A stretch of DNA of 27,740 bases from an uncultured Flavobacteriales bacterium (GTDB lineage Bacteria > Pseudomonadota > Alphaproteobacteria > UBA8366 > CAVOAK01): NCBI GenBank assembly GCA_964501745.1, contig CAZCVU010000001.1:1-27740 (forward strand), given 5' to 3'. This document shows, piece after piece, positions 1 through 8,724 of the stretch. The position numbers were made by a program, and so were the translations under genes. The number at the start of each line of letters is the position of its first letter. Positions within the stretch are counted from its first letter, which is position 1. The notes beneath the pieces were generated by a model that saw only the letters and a program-made list of their open reading frames with translations, was not told the DNA's origin and searched no databases.

Positions 1-135
1 AACCGTGAGGCGCTCAAACTCGCCGATCAGGACGAAGGTCGTGACGACGCGGCGATGCGAATGACCTTCGGCGTCTACTTTTACGGCACCGACGAGCAAG
101 ACGGCGACGGTGAGGCTGGCGATGATTCGGACTGA
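1..135 (+). CDS. C-terminal fragment of a DUF6502-like protein (runs off the left edge)
   Basis: Frame 1 is open from base 1 to TGA at 133-135: NREALKLADQDEGRDDAAMRMTFGVYFYGTDEQDGDGEAGDDSD*. The R-M-x-F-G-x-Y-F-Y ending is typical of DUF6502 proteins, which usually precede DUF5666 genes. It overlaps the next start. Confidence 0.6.
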   Translation, partial: NREALKLADQDEGRDDAAMRMTFGVYFYGTDEQDGDGEAGDDSD

Positions 136-1171
136 CATCGCGTCGACACCGAAGTGGCGCCGGCTGTCGCATTTGGCGGTGTTGATCTGCGCCGCCGTCC
201 TGGCCGCTTGCGCGCCACTCGAAGACGCTTTTCGAGCTGCCCGGCAGACCGTTGCCGATCGCGGTATCGGCGGCACGGGTATCTCGGACGACGACCGGGG
301 AATTGGTGGCACTGGCATCATCGGCACCATCACCGCGTTCGGCAGCGTCATCGTCAATGGACTGGAAGTGGCGTTCAACGCAACGACGCCGTTGTCCTAT
401 GACGCGACGCCGGGCACCGCGGATAGTCTGAGCGTTGGGCAGGTCGTTGCCATCGAGGCCGAGACAGTCTCTGGTCAGTTGGTCGCCCAGTCGATCGCTG
501 TCCAGTCCGCCGTCGCCGGTCCCATAGCGAGTCTCTCGCCCGGCGAAAGCTCGCTTGTTGTTCTGGGGCAAACGGTTGCGCTGGGGCCAAACGTGCTGAT
601 CGATGGAGATCCACTACAAATGTCGGACCTCGCCGTCGGCCAATGGCTGACCGTGAGCGGCCTTCGCAGGCCGGATGGCCGGATCATCGCGTCGCTTGTC
701 GAACGGCGCCCCGCCGAAGGCATCGCCAGTCTTCGCGGATCTGTAACGGCGAGGACGTCAGCCGGATTTATGATCGGCGGTCAAACCGTCGTTGTCGCCA
801 ATGGAGATAATTCGCCTGAGCTTGGACGTTCGGTCTTCGTCGCCGGCCGCCTAGTTCAAACGGGACTCCTCGCCGAAACCATCGAAGTGAGACCAAGCGT
901 ACCGTTCGACGGCCGGATGACACGACTGTCGCTCGAGGGATATGTGAGCGCTTCACGCGATGGGCTCGTCGTAGACGGAGTCGTCATCACGCTCGACGCC
1001 GACGCAGCGACGTTGACGGCGGGATCGCGCGTCACAATAGACGCGCATTTCGGCGCCAGTGGCAGGCTGGAGGTAGAGGAGATTCATCGCGTTGAACCGG
1101 CGTCAGGCGATGCTGGCGGCGACGCTTCCGGCGTGCCGCCCGACCGTGGGCCGTCCAATATGCGCCGCTGA
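122..1171 (+). CDS. DUF5666-domain lipoprotein
   Basis: Lipobox-like VLAAC after a basic/hydrophobic leader; tandem DRGIGGTG motif; GTITAFGSVIVNG and repeated L-x-x-G-x-x-V-x-V/I beta modules. ATG at 122 preferred over 110. Confidence 0.7.
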   Translation: MIRTDIASTPKWRRLSHLAVLICAAVLAACAPLEDAFRAARQTVADRGIGGTGISDDDRGIGGTGIIGTITAFGSVIVNGLEVAFNATTPLSYDATPGTADSLSVGQVVAIEAETVSGQLVAQSIAVQSAVAGPIASLSPGESSLVVLGQTVALGPNVLIDGDPLQMSDLAVGQWLTVSGLRRPDGRIIASLVERRPAEGIASLRGSVTARTSAGFMIGGQTVVVANGDNSPELGRSVFVAGRLVQTGLLAETIEVRPSVPFDGRMTRLSLEGYVSASRDGLVVDGVVITLDADAATLTAGSRVTIDAHFGASGRLEVEEIHRVEPASGDAGGDASGVPPDRGPSNMRR

Positions 1172-1324
1172 CCGTCCTTGATCCGATTGCGCCATCCGGC
1201 TGTGCATGGCGCGGCCTGACGTACTGAGACTTCGACGTCCCACATCGACCAATCCGACTGCTATTCTGTCATTCCTTCGGACTAACGGTAATCCCGGTTT
1301 GTCGACCTCAATCAGAGCCGCCTA

Positions 1325-2230
1325 GTGAAAACATCCATTTCCAACATCCTGTCCAGTCACCCGAGCCATCTGCGCGGCATCACCCTTGGCGTCATCGCCA
1401 CTTTTACCTTTGCCGTTGAAACTGCCGTAGTGAGACATCTGTCGCAGGAATTGCATCCCTTCGAGATTGCGTTCTTCACTGCCCTCAGCCAATCGATCGT
1501 ATTGTTGCCGTGGATCCTTCGTCGCAAACTGGCGGCGCTGCGCACGAAGAAGCTGCATCTGCAGACGCTTCGTATCGTGCTCAGCACGATCGCGGTGCTG
1601 GCCTTGTTCTATGCGCTTCGCGAGACGCCGCTCGCCAAAGTCACGGCGCTCAGTTTCACGATGCCGATCTTTACAGCACTGCTCGCCGCACGGTTCCTAG
1701 GCGAAGCCGTGAGGATCAGGCAATGGGCGGCCATTCTGTTCGGTTTTGCGGGCGCCATGGTCGTCCTGCGTCCCGGCTTCGCGGTGGTCGACGCGGGATC
1801 GTTGACCGTTATTCTGTCGGCTTTCTTCTTCGCTTTGACGATCCTCGTCATTAAGGTCCTGACCCGCACCGATTCCGTCGTCACGATTACAATCTACGGG
1901 GCCGTCATGCGGGTGCCGTTTTCCCTGCTGCCTGCACTCTTCTTTTGGACAGCACCGAGCCTCGAACATCTGGCATGGTTTGCCGTAATCGGCGCGCTGG
2001 AAGCTGCAGCGACGTTCAGTTTTACGCAGGCCCTGAAAGATACCGATACCGGCGTCATCGTGTCGTTGACCTACCTGCAACTGATCTGGGCCGCGGCCCT
2101 CGGGTATGTGTTCTTTGCCGAAGTGCCGGGTCTCTTTACCTGGTTGGGGGCGGCGATGATTGTCGGCGCGACGACCTATATCGCCGTCAGGGATCGCAGC
2201 CCCGACACCTCGTCCGATGAGTCGGCTTGA
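1325..2230 (+). CDS. DMT/EamA family inner-membrane transporter
   Basis: About 10 hydrophobic segments, two EamA halves, motifs PLAKVTALSFTMPIF, LGEAV, GAMVVLRPG, FFAEVP. Confidence 0.9.
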   Translation: MKTSISNILSSHPSHLRGITLGVIATFTFAVETAVVRHLSQELHPFEIAFFTALSQSIVLLPWILRRKLAALRTKKLHLQTLRIVLSTIAVLALFYALRETPLAKVTALSFTMPIFTALLAARFLGEAVRIRQWAAILFGFAGAMVVLRPGFAVVDAGSLTVILSAFFFALTILVIKVLTRTDSVVTITIYGAVMRVPFSLLPALFFWTAPSLEHLAWFAVIGALEAAATFSFTQALKDTDTGVIVSLTYLQLIWAAALGYVFFAEVPGLFTWLGAAMIVGATTYIAVRDRSPDTSSDESA

Positions 2231-2294
2231 GCCCCGCGAACCAAATTATCCCCGCATCGAGCGAATAATCGGCAAGCTGCAAATTCAGCTCGCT

Positions 2295-2681
2295 TCAATA
2301 GAGTCTTCGGCCTTCGATCAAGCTCGATGGCGAACGATATCCATCGCCGGGCACAACCCAAATGATCCTGCCCGGCCCATCCGAGTAGATATCGTAGCAA
2401 TCCCAGCCGAACGCGCCCCATTTCGAACAGTATTGGCCCGCCGCTGCGTCGGCGCGCCAGCGGCCGGTCGTTGGCTAGCTATCCTGCGCCACGTAGATCG
2501 TCGTGCCGTCGGCTGCGAAGTACGACCGATACGGCGTCCCGCGCCAGTTCCCCTCGACGGTATTGCCCGTTAACGCCAGCCGGATTTCATCCGCCGTAAG
2601 TTTGCGTTCGGCCGCGTCCAGCGCAACGCCACCCAGCATCAGTATGCCGACGAGCGCCGGAATGGCACTCCGTATTCTCAT
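2295..2681 (-). pseudogene. Small secreted/periplasmic beta-rich protein interrupted by an in-frame TAG at 2475-2477
   Basis: Signal peptide MRIRSAIPALVGILMLGGVALDA, then LTADEIRLALTGNTVEG...YRSYFAADGTTIY. The same frame continues past TAG for 59 codons (PTTGRWRADAAAGQYCSKWGAFGWDCYDIYSDGPGRIIWVVPGDGYRSPSSLIEGRRLY) to TGA at 2295-2297. This completes the G-R-W...Y-C-S-x-W...C-Y pattern of this small-protein type. Confidence 0.7.
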
Positions 2682-2843
2682 CCTTCGCCACGCACGGGTT
2701 CGCATGGTCGCCATCATTGCCGCTAGCGGCCAATCATGGCAACCTCGCCGGCGTGCCAGCGGCAAGCCTCGGCGCTTAAGAAACGCTTAGCCGTAGGCGA
2801 AGACCAGCGCCGACAGTCAACATCGAAACCCTGCGAGAGACAG

Positions 2844-4193
2844 ATGCCAAGAACACTGATTAAGAACGGGTACGTGATTTCGATGGACGAACAGTTCGGC
2901 GAAATCGTTGGCGGCGACGTTCTCGTCGAGGACGACCGGATCGTCGAGGTCGGGCGCGGCCTGCAGGCCGCTGATGCCGAGACGATCGATGCCAGTGACA
3001 TGATCGTCATGCCGGGCTTCGTGAATGCGCATCTCCATACATGGCAAACTGGGATTCGCGGGACCTCCGGCGATCTGACGATCATGGGCTACATAGGCCG
3101 CATCATCGCCCAATGTGCGCCTCTCTACACACCTGAAGATATGCGAGTTGCAAACTTGGTTGGTGCGTTGAACCAAATCAACGCGGGCACCACGACGCTT
3201 TTCGACTGGTGTCATAACAACCGTACGCCCGAGCATACCGACGCGGCAATTGACGGACTGTTTGAGTCCGGAATCCGCGCCGTGTTCGGACATGGCACGC
3301 CAAAGCCCGAGCCCAAAGACGGTGAGGTTATCGACACCGAATTGACGCAACCCCGGGCAGAGGTTGAGCGGCTTCGCAGCGGGCGTTTTGCCTCGGACGA
3401 CGGTCTTGTCACCTTGGCGCTGGTGATACCGGGGCCGGATTTTACGACCTACGAGGTCACCCGGTACGACATCGAACTGGCCCGTGAATTCGGCTTGGTG
3501 ACAAGTGCCCATATCTGGGGCTCACCGATGCGCGTTACCAAAGACGGTATCTACCGGCTCGCCGAAGACAAGCTACTGGGCCCGGACTTCAACCTCGTGC
3601 ACGGCTGTTTCCTCAGTGACGAGGAACTGAAGATCCTGGTCGACGCCGGCGTATCGGTGACGGTCACCGCCGAAGTGGAAATGCAATCGAGCGGTGGCGA
3701 CCCGCTTACTGGTCGGCTACTCAGCTTAAAGGCGTTGCCTTCGATTGGCGCCGACGTGGAAACAATGGTGAGCGGCGACATGTTCAATGTCATGCGCATT
3801 GGCCTCGACCACCAACGCTCACTCGATAGTCAACAGGCGCGGCGCGACGGCAAAGGGTCTGAAACCTACGCGATCAATGGGAGTGATGCGCTCGAATGGG
3901 CGACCGTCGGCGGCGCAAGAGCGCTTATGCTGGAAGATCGGATTGGAACGCTAACGCCAGGCAAACAGGCGGATATCGTCCTGATCCGCGCGACCGATAT
4001 TAACCTCGTACCGGTCAAATACCCGGTCGAATCGGTCGTCTTTCACGCCAACGCATCGAATGTAGACACGGTCTTGATTGCCGGTACGGCAGTAAAGCGG
4101 CATGGAGAGCTAACCATTCCGGACCTCAGCGGCAAGCTGCAAGCCCTCACGCAATCCAGTCAGCACATTCTCGAGACGGCCGGCATCCACTAG
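2844..4193 (+). CDS. Metal-dependent amidohydrolase (AtzA/TriA/deaminase-like)
   Basis: N-terminal TLIKNGYVISMD...DVLVEDDRIVEVG, MPGFVNAHLH (HxH), later SAH, VHG and IGAD ligands, and C-terminal IGTLTPGKQADIVL. Start at ATG 2844 after GAGAGA. Confidence 0.9.
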   Translation: MPRTLIKNGYVISMDEQFGEIVGGDVLVEDDRIVEVGRGLQAADAETIDASDMIVMPGFVNAHLHTWQTGIRGTSGDLTIMGYIGRIIAQCAPLYTPEDMRVANLVGALNQINAGTTTLFDWCHNNRTPEHTDAAIDGLFESGIRAVFGHGTPKPEPKDGEVIDTELTQPRAEVERLRSGRFASDDGLVTLALVIPGPDFTTYEVTRYDIELAREFGLVTSAHIWGSPMRVTKDGIYRLAEDKLLGPDFNLVHGCFLSDEELKILVDAGVSVTVTAEVEMQSSGGDPLTGRLLSLKALPSIGADVETMVSGDMFNVMRIGLDHQRSLDSQQARRDGKGSETYAINGSDALEWATVGGARALMLEDRIGTLTPGKQADIVLIRATDINLVPVKYPVESVVFHANASNVDTVLIAGTAVKRHGELTIPDLSGKLQALTQSSQHILETAGIH

Positions 4194-4283
4194 GACGTAG
4201 GCCGGCGAACGGCGCTCCTGTGACGGCGAAAAATGTGGCAAAGGTTAGGCCGCCACCGAGCGTCGGCGGCGGCCTAGATGCAA

Positions 4284-4493
4284 TTACTCGACGATTGCGA
4301 GATTTTCAGCAGCGGACTTGCCGTTCTGCCCGGGCACGAGATCATAGGAGACCTTCTGCCCTTCGCGCAGCGTGCTCTCACCGGCGCGTTCGACAGCCGA
4401 AATATGTACGAAGGCATCCTTCGAACCGTCTTCCGGCTGGATAAAGCCATACCCTTTGACGGGGTCAAACCATTTCACTGTTCCAGTAGCCAT
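4284..4493 (-). CDS. cspA: Cold-shock protein
   Basis: MATGTVKWFDPVKGYGFIQPEDGSKDAFVHISAVE (RNP1/RNP2), 69 aa, strong RBS AAAGGAG. Confidence 0.95.
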   Translation of the reverse strand: MATGTVKWFDPVKGYGFIQPEDGSKDAFVHISAVERAGESTLREGQKVSYDLVPGQNGKSAAENLAIVE

Positions 4494-4636
4494 AGCCACT
4501 CCTTTAGCAAAGGATCGGGTGTCGTGCGAGATGCCCGACCCGATCAAAAAACGTCCACAATGTCAGGAGGTAACTCGGCCAGCCGATGAAACGGCCTTCG
4601 TAGTAGACAACGACAAGTGTGTAACGTGCCGCCTAG

Positions 4637-4664
4637 ATATAGACGCCCCACCACGCAAGTCAAG
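4637..4664 (-). promoter_or_regulatory. Probable RpoD promoter of the csp gene
   Basis: Minus strand CTTGAC-N16-CTATAT, close to the rhizobial RpoD consensus CTTGAC-N17-CTATAT. It implies a 5' UTR of ~135-140 nt, as is typical for csp genes. Confidence 0.55.
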
Positions 4665-4762
4665 GTGATTGAAACCGGCGTTTGTGCCCGCGCAACGTGC
4701 CGCGTGCAATGTGCTGCCAAACAGCATCTCGGCGGAGTCTACCAGCGATCCCCCGGCCCGCG

Positions 4763-5983
4763 TCAGGTTGCCGGTTTCTCCAAATGCGCCTGCGCCCGCG
4801 GTACGAGGAATAGCCCGACATAACGCAACGTTTCATCGCTGCTTGCGAGGCAGGCTGCCTTGACGGCAATGACCGTCTTGCCGGCCACTGTCTCGCGCCA
4901 AAACCAGTTATTCAGATCCGTGCTCGAAGCATGTCCGGGTTGTGCCGTCGCCGCCTCGATGCAGAAAGCCCTGAGGTCGTCGCAAGCCAGTTTCAAGACC
5001 TCCACCCGGTCCATATCTTCGCGCGGGCTAGGTGCTGGATCGTCGCCCAGAAATGAACTCACGAACGGTACAATCTGATCGATTTCGAGACCGCTGATCC
5101 CGACCGCTGTCCGCTTGCGCTCCCTAAGCCCAAGGTCGTACCAAGTCGCCAGCTGCGCCACTTCGGCTTCAAGCGCCGTCGCAAGGTCGTCTCCGGTGTC
5201 GGCAATCTCGTCCGGTGGCGCGAGGTTGATGGGACAGGCCCAGCCGGTGATATCCTCTGCCTCCGGCGCATCGTCCGGAAAGTCGGTGTGGACCGGCCCG
5301 CTGTCGGCTTCGAGAAGCTCGAGACAGGAGATCAAAACGCGTTTCTGAAACTCCGGCTTATCGGGCGCGCCAAGCGGCCGGCCAAGTTCAAACGGCACCC
5401 ACAGCGCCCGCGGCGGTGCGATTTTCTCGCTGTGCTCACGAATCAGGCTGATCAGCGTTGTCGGCAGCCCCTCTTCTTCGAAAAAGACGGCAAGCCCGCC
5501 CACGGCGAGCGTACAGAACGGTCAGACCGGGACCAGAAGTACGGCGTTGACCCGGTCCTCCTTGAGCAGTCCGGCAAGTTCACGTGCTTTCGGCTCCAGT
5601 TTGTCCGGCCGGGTTGCGCCCATGAAGGAGTAGTGGAAGTCTGCGACCGAACCGATGACGCCGTCGGCCGCCAGTTCAGCCAGCCGGTCTATGGGAAATA
5701 TGACGTTCAGATCCTGCTGATAGCCGGTGCGGTCGAAGTTAGAGGATACATGGGCCATCAGCAGGTCGCCGGCCACGGTGTCACCGGGGATCACCCGGTA
5801 TTCGTCCGCGCCGAATGGAAATGGCCGGTCGCCGCGGCAAAGCAAGCCGGCCGACGAGACGATCGCCACCCGGCGCTCGCTCAATGGTGGGCCTGAAACC
5901 CATGGATTGCTCTCGTATTGCGGGATCTCTACAGCAAGCAACGCATCTCGTGCGCTTTCCGGAAGATCGCTCAAGCGGACCAT
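4763..5983 (-). CDS. PrdB-like (glycine/sarcosine/betaine/D-proline reductase selenoprotein B family) selenoprotein, 406 aa, Sec at UGA 5522-5524, with extra C-terminal domain
   Basis: The 153-aa and 246-aa ORFs are in one frame joined by ...VLLVPV-TGA-PFCTLAVGGLAVFFEEEGLPT. VAIVSSAG, H-VSSNFD, DLNVIFPIDRLAEL, HYSFMG and the downstream PRALWVPFELGRPLG are collinear with clostridial PrdB (UxxC). A SECIS-like hairpin follows, and tRNA-Sec is adjacent. Confidence 0.9.
5494..5510 (-). promoter_or_regulatory. Candidate bacterial SECIS element
   Basis: GCTCGCC-GTG-GGCGGGC (7-bp stem with one G-U pair, 3-nt loop starting with G) begins 11 nt after the UGA, matching the bSECIS spacing and apical-G rule. 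Confidence 0.7.
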
Positions 5984-6101
5984 AGAGACAGCCTTAAACG
6001 TGTGCCGGCGACATCAAGCCAGCATGACATTACGCAGCAACGTATCGGCAAGCCGCCACCACGGTCAACCACCGGCGGATGCCGCGGCCAGAGCCGGAGC
6101 A

Positions 6102-6196
6102 TGGCGGAAGAGAGTGGGAGTCGAACCCACCAGGCACGCTTGGCGCCCCTCGCCGGGTTTGAAGTCCGGGCGCCCCACCGGAGACGATTCCCTTCC
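6102..6196 (-). tRNA. selC: tRNA-Sec (anticodon UCA), 95 nt
   Basis: GGAAGGGA...TCTCTTCC-GCCA 8-bp acceptor stem, anticodon loop CTTCAAA, long variable arm, GGTTCGACTCC T-arm, encoded CCA. Confidence 0.97.
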
Positions 6197-6340
6197 CTCA
6201 CGCTCGAGAATTAGGCACGTCACGACAACTTGCCTGAGCAATCTTCTCCAATCAACCGACGACCAATCCGATATATTAGTGCCCCATCGCTTCGCGTCTA
6301 AAAATACGCTGTCGTACCGCAACAGAAGGGTCATCAAACG

Positions 6341-6757
6341 ATGGAAGATGAACTGGAGGGATTGATTTCACACCTATCTCTCGGAACGAACGATTTCGAG
6401 CGTGCCGCAGCATTTTACGACGCTGTGCTGGCAACGCTCGGTTTGAAGAGGCTCATTGAGGTTCCGAGCGCCAGCGCCATTGCCTATGGACGGCAGCACC
6501 CTCAGTTTTGGATTCAGAAACCCGGCGACGGTCGACCAGCAACGGTCGGTAACGGCAGTCACATTGGCTTCATTGCCATGTCGCAGGAGGCCGTAATCGA
6601 GTTTCACAAGGCTGGCATTGCCGCCGGGGCGACAGACGACGGCGCGCCAGGACCGCGCCCACAATATGGCGAACCCTATTTTGGCTGTTTTCTCCGCGAC
6701 CTCGACGGCCACAAGATTGAAGCGGCATTTTGGGATTTGACGAAGTCGCAGTCCTAG
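6341..6757 (+). CDS. VOC/glyoxalase family protein
   Basis: ISHLSLGTNDFERAAAFYDAVL, GNGSHIGF, DDGAPGPRPQYG-PYFGCFLRDLDGHKIEA. Confidence 0.9.
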   Translation: MEDELEGLISHLSLGTNDFERAAAFYDAVLATLGLKRLIEVPSASAIAYGRQHPQFWIQKPGDGRPATVGNGSHIGFIAMSQEAVIEFHKAGIAAGATDDGAPGPRPQYGEPYFGCFLRDLDGHKIEAAFWDLTKSQS

Positions 6758-6762
6758 CGGGT

Positions 6763-8724
6763 CTAAGAACTTGAGCTCAGCGCATCGCTTTCGGCGGCCT
6801 GCTTTGGGTCAAACACGGAGTCGGCTGGCTTCAGGACTTGGCGTTCGTTGCCGACGCGGCGGGTCAGTCCAAGCCGATCGAAATGCTCGAGGATCTGAAT
6901 GGCCAAATTTCGCCCGATGCCGGCACGATCGCTGAAACTGCGAACAGAGAACGTCCGCGCGGGCGCAGCGCCGGCCAGAGTGCTCGCCACCGATGCCAGC
7001 GCACGCGCCCGCTCCGCCAGCAGGTAGCGATTTTCCGCAATCTCCACCGCGAGTCCGCGCTGCGCCGCCTGTCGCAGAGACTTCTTGATATCGGGCGTCT
7101 CGATAGACAGGCTGGTTGCAAGCTCGCCGATTCCCGGTGCGTGAGGATCAGCGGCCCGAAGCGCGGCCAGGACCCGCCGCGAAACAGCGGTTTCGGTATC
7201 CGAGCCTTGCGGCCTAAACCCGAGCATATGAACCCGACTACCACTACACGCGATGCGACCCCCGGCGACCAACTTCTCGAAGATCGCTGAACCCACGGAA
7301 TTGGGTAACCTCAGTTTCAGGCCGCTCCGCACCTCCGATTGGGATGGCCCCGGGCTGGCCGGCGATGACCGGTGGTAGCGTTCGATTACCTCGGCTACCG
7401 CTGCGCATAGACCGCTCCAGTGGGCTTCAGAATAGGCGTGACTTTCATCTTCGGTTCCAGCGACTTTAGCAGCGGCTTCCTGCAAAACCGATACGGTCTC
7501 TGCCGCCGTAAGATTTCGCGCGCTGGCAAACTCAACCAACGGAACGCCCGATGGCGATTGCTGCAGCAGACAGCGGAGCGATCTTACCGTGTCCGTGGTC
7601 TCCATCGCTGCCAGCAGTTTGAGCCGCTCTGGCCTCGCCCTGCCGCGTGCGGGTGCAAATGGATCGATCACCTTGCCGCCAGCAAGCGTGTGCCGTGCCG
7701 CCTGATCCCGCAGAATGAGACGGTCTCCCCACAGCGCATGTACGGGCCGGTCGAGCGTGAGACGGGCAAACCCGCTAGCGCCAGGAGCGATGGCATCCTG
7801 TACGAGACCGCCGACCCGCCCGGCAACGTCGGCGTTACCGAGATGAATATGCACGGGCAGGCCTCGCCTCGTCACCGGCTTCTCGCCGGACAGCACCCGC
7901 AGGCGCACATCCAGCCTCGATACCAGCCCGGCCGATGCGTCAGCGAGCAGCCAATCGCCACGGCGTATGCGAACCCGCTTTAGCCCGGTGCCGGAGATGT
8001 TGAGCGCGCACCTCTCGCCTTCGCCAGCGATCCTTACTTCGCGGTTTTGCGCATGAATGCCACGCACCCGAACGGTGGTACTACCCGGCGACAGCGCCAG
8101 CCGGTCGCCGACCTGAACCTGACCAGAATGGACCGTACCGGTAACAATTTGCCCAGCGCCCTTGAGTGTAAAGACGCGGTCGATCGCCAGCCGGAAATGC
8201 CCACCCGGCACCAGGGCCGTCGTCTCGCCCGCTATGGCCGCCAAGTGATCGGCAAGTGCGGCGATCCCCTCACCCGTCAGGGCCGATACCGGGAAGATCG
8301 CCGCCTCTTTCAGGCTCGTCGGCGACACTATTGCCTCAACGGTCCGCCTGACCTCGGCAAGGCGCGTACGGCTCGCGCGGTCGATCTTGGTCAAGGCAAC
8401 CGAACCACGTGCTACCCCGAGCAGATCGAGGATCGCCAGATGCTCAATGGTCTGCGGCATCGGCCCATCATCGGCGGCGACGACCAGCAAAGCGCAATCG
8501 ACTCCGATAACGCCGGCCAGCATGTTGCGGATGAAACGCTCGTGCCCCGGCACGTCGACGAAGCCCAGAGATCGTCCATCCGCAGACGACAGATAAGCAA
8601 ATCCCAAGTCGATGGACAGGCCGCGCTGCTTCTCTTCCGGCAGCCGGTCGGCATCGACCCCCGTCAGCGCCTTCACGAGAGCCGTCTTGCCGTGATCGAT
8701 ATGGCCTGCCGTGGCGACGATCAT
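6763..8724 (-). CDS. selB: Selenocysteine-specific translation elongation factor
   Basis: MIVATAGHIDHGKT, DLGFAY, DVPGHERFIRNM, TKID, and C-terminal winged-helix R--AGIGRNLAIQILEHFDRLGLTRRVG. Confidence 0.97.
   Translation of the reverse strand: MIVATAGHIDHGKTALVKALTGVDADRLPEEKQRGLSIDLGFAYLSSADGRSLGFVDVPGHERFIRNMLAGVIGVDCALLVVAADDGPMPQTIEHLAILDLLGVARGSVALTKIDRASRTRLAEVRRTVEAIVSPTSLKEAAIFPVSALTGEGIAALADHLAAIAGETTALVPGGHFRLAIDRVFTLKGAGQIVTGTVHSGQVQVGDRLALSPGSTTVRVRGIHAQNREVRIAGEGERCALNISGTGLKRVRIRRGDWLLADASAGLVSRLDVRLRVLSGEKPVTRRGLPVHIHLGNADVAGRVGGLVQDAIAPGASGFARLTLDRPVHALWGDRLILRDQAARHTLAGGKVIDPFAPARGRARPERLKLLAAMETTDTVRSLRCLLQQSPSGVPLVEFASARNLTAAETVSVLQEAAAKVAGTEDESHAYSEAHWSGLCAAVAEVIERYHRSSPASPGPSQSEVRSGLKLRLPNSVGSAIFEKLVAGGRIACSGSRVHMLGFRPQGSDTETAVSRRVLAALRAADPHAPGIGELATSLSIETPDIKKSLRQAAQRGLAVEIAENRYLLAERARALASVASTLAGAAPARTFSVRSFSDRAGIGRNLAIQILEHFDRLGLTRRVGNERQVLKPADSVFDPKQAAESDALSSSS

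Noticed and set aside
2475-2477. Pyrrolysine read-through of the TAG
   Set aside because: No pyl genes or tRNA-Pyl in the window, TAG is a normal stop for many genes here, and the protein is not a methylamine methyltransferase.
4763-4765. Second Sec at the selenoprotein's terminal TGA
   Set aside because: Read-through would add only RGPGDRW before a TAG, and there is no redox motif context.
6000-6196. tRNA-Sec as an integration site of a mobile element
   Set aside because: No integrase and no duplicated tRNA 3' end found in the window.
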